NCBI GenBank assembly: GCA_037924335.1 | Contig: JAXSMZ010000007.1 | Coordinates: 34,027 to 53,277 of the forward strand | Direction: 5' to 3' | DNA length: 19,251 nt | Source of the DNA: Aquificaceae bacterium | Lineage (GTDB): Bacteria; Aquificota; Aquificia; Aquificales; Aquificaceae | Shown here: positions 17,688-19,251 of the stretch, piece after piece | Numbering within the stretch: the stretch's first letter is position 1 | Layout of the letters: each line of letters opens with the position of its first letter | Translations under genes and position numbers: made by a program | The notes under the pieces: model-generated | Told to the model about the DNA's origin: nothing | The model's input: the letters and a program-made list of their open reading frames with translations, nothing else | Databases searched by the model: none

Positions 17688-18496
17688 GGTCTGTTTTGCT
17701 CTTTGGTGGGAAAGGAGGAGTTGGAAAGAGCACCCTATCCTGTGCTACAGCCCTTAGGCTATCTGAAAGGGGAAGAACCATACTCTTATCCCTTGACCCA
17801 GCCCATTCTCTCAGAAGCATTCTGGGAGTATCAGAGGACAGCATAGGACAACTAAACATAGTTGAGCTCAATGCAGAAAAGTTGGCAAGAGAGTATACAG
17901 ACTCTGTTCTAAAGAACATGGAAAGGTTTATACATGAGAAAGCTTACCAAGGGCTAAAAAAACTTGCCCAGCATATCTCTTCTTCCTCTACTGCCGTTGA
18001 GACAGCTGCTCTTGATAAGCTCTCTCAGATAATAAGAGAAAATTACCATTACGTAGTTCTTGACTTTGCCCCCACTGGTCAGATGTTGAGGCTTTTTAAA
18101 ACTTTTCATCTGGTCAAGGAATGGATGGATGCCCTTATAAAGCTATCCAAGGGTAGGGAAAAGGTAGACAGATTTATGGGTAGGGAGAGAGACACGGCAA
18201 AAATCCTAACAGAAAGAAAGGAAAAGGTAGAGTTCTTGATAAGAACCTTGGAAGAAAAGGGAATACTTTTCGCAGTTGCCAACGAAGACAAGCTCTCTTT
18301 GGAAGAGGCAGAGAGATTGAAGAAGGAGCTGAGCTTTATAAGATGCTACATGGTTATAAACAAGTGGGAAAAGATAGAGGGTAACTTTCTAAAGGTAGCT
18401 CACTCCCAAAAGCCTTATGGGGTTGAAGGGTTAAGAAAGCTCAACATCGGCGATATTCTCTCTGTGGTCTTAGCGACAAGTCTCTTAAAACATTAA
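17678..18496 (+). CDS. Single-domain ArsA/Get3-family ATPase
   Basis: Deviant Walker A FGGKGGVGKST, switch I SLDPAHSL, switch II variant DFAPTGQMLRL, and INK. GTG start overlaps the CC-star gene. No ars operon in the window. Confidence 0.88.
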   Translation: MLLRSVLLFGGKGGVGKSTLSCATALRLSERGRTILLSLDPAHSLRSILGVSEDSIGQLNIVELNAEKLAREYTDSVLKNMERFIHEKAYQGLKKLAQHISSSSTAVETAALDKLSQIIRENYHYVVLDFAPTGQMLRLFKTFHLVKEWMDALIKLSKGREKVDRFMGRERDTAKILTERKEKVEFLIRTLEEKGILFAVANEDKLSLEEAERLKKELSFIRCYMVINKWEKIEGNFLKVAHSQKPYGVEGLRKLNIGDILSVVLATSLLKH

Positions 18497-18570
18497 CAAC
18501 TACACGCATACATAGTCAATTATTACCAAAAAGCAAATAGATACAAGCAAGTCAGAGCTATAATATTTTC

Positions 18571-19251
18571 ATGTATAGGGCTATACAGGTCTCATGCCCT
18601 ATGACAAAGAGAAAAAGCGATGCTATCTCCAATGTCCTCAAACTCTACAGAAAAACTGCAGAAATCATAGCAAAGTTCCAGTGGTCTCTTTTCTTCAAGA
18701 CAGGTTCTTTCAGCAGAAAAGCCAACATAAAACACTTAAACTGTCCTCTCTCAGAAAGGTTCAAGTCCACCATTCAATACCATGTGCTAGTCCCTACCTT
18801 GGAAAGTTTCCTGTCTAACGTGCAAAACAGGTTCAAGGAGGTAGTCCTGAGTTCATCCCTTCCTGAAAAAACAAAAAGAGTGCTTTTGTATCTTAACTCT
18901 AGAGAAGAGTGGCTTATTCCAAAAAGCGAAAAGCCCTGTGGAAAGAAGATATTCAAGCATATACTTGCCTGTGAAGCCTCATGAATACTTTGAGAGAAAA
19001 AAAGGAAACCTCACAAACATGGTTCAGATATCTGAGGATAGCAAGTTAAGGATTGTAAAGAAAGTGGAGAAAAGAGATATAGCTCTAAGTGGAGAAATAG
19101 CCCTTGACTTTGGTATGGAATGCCTTCTTGTCTCAGACAGAGGAGACCTCTTTGGAAGAGAGTTTTATGACAGAGTGAGAGAGTATTTCCAGAAGTTAGA
19201 CAGAATTCAAAAAGAAATGCAAAGGCAAGGGAGAAAGCCAACAGAAAGCAA
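18571..19251 (+). pseudogene. tnpB: TnpB-like (IS200/IS605 OrfB) RuvC nuclease gene, frameshifted near 18958-18967; continues beyond the window
   Basis: ORF 18571-18984 resembles a TnpB N-terminus. The +1 frame from 18959 reads IYLPVKPHEYFERKKGNLTNMVQISEDSKLRIVKKVEKRDIALSGEIALDFGMECLLVSDRGDLFGREFYDRVREYFQKLDRIQKEMQRQGRKPTES, containing RuvC-I IALDFG (Asp at 19106-19108) and a bridge-helix-like segment, open to the window end. Confidence 0.8.

Noticed and set aside
17678..18496. Arsenic resistance operon
   Set aside because: No arsR/B/C/D or acr3 nearby; single-domain ATPase without an evident metalloid Cys cluster.
18497..18558. IS200/IS605 left-end hairpin or terminator
   Set aside because: Only a 4-bp ACTA/TAGT stem is visible. 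The element end cannot be defined without other copies.
18997..19003. A7 run as a programmed frameshift site for tnpB
   Set aside because: It lies downstream of the first ORF's stop (18982-18984), so it cannot join the frames.
19011..19241. 76-aa minus-strand ORF
   Set aside because: It is the antisense shadow of the RuvC-containing plus frame.

Overview
Gene-dense bacterial chromosome window, most likely from an Aquificaceae thermophile (Hydrogenobacter/Thermocrinis-like), inferred from a cytochrome c closely resembling H. thermophilus c552, AGR/ATA-rich codons and functionally mixed operons. Housekeeping genes: coaE, a GlcF-like Fe-S/CCG protein, three T2SS-type pseudopilins (gspG plus two minor), metE, ispD, an MFS transporter, secG, prmC, a CNNM/HlyC transporter, radC, phosphoketolase plus ackA, folD, a SAM methyltransferase and fabZ. 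The notable parts are: (i) bases 1-103 are a compositionally foreign, reverse-strand fragment of a glycogen branching enzyme (GlgB) replacing the N-terminus of a DUF523/DUF1722 gene; (ii) a lipid-tethered cytochrome c is coupled to a CC-star protein and an ArsA/Get3-like ATPase, with no CstA transporter; (iii) the right end holds a frameshifted, apparently internally deleted TnpB-like gene whose RuvC-I motif lies in a frame the ORF track missed; (iv) TATAAT-type boxes sit 6-9 nt before six start codons, two of them as overlapping bidirectional promoters. No CRISPR array, rRNA or tRNA was seen. All family assignments come from motif recognition, not database searches.
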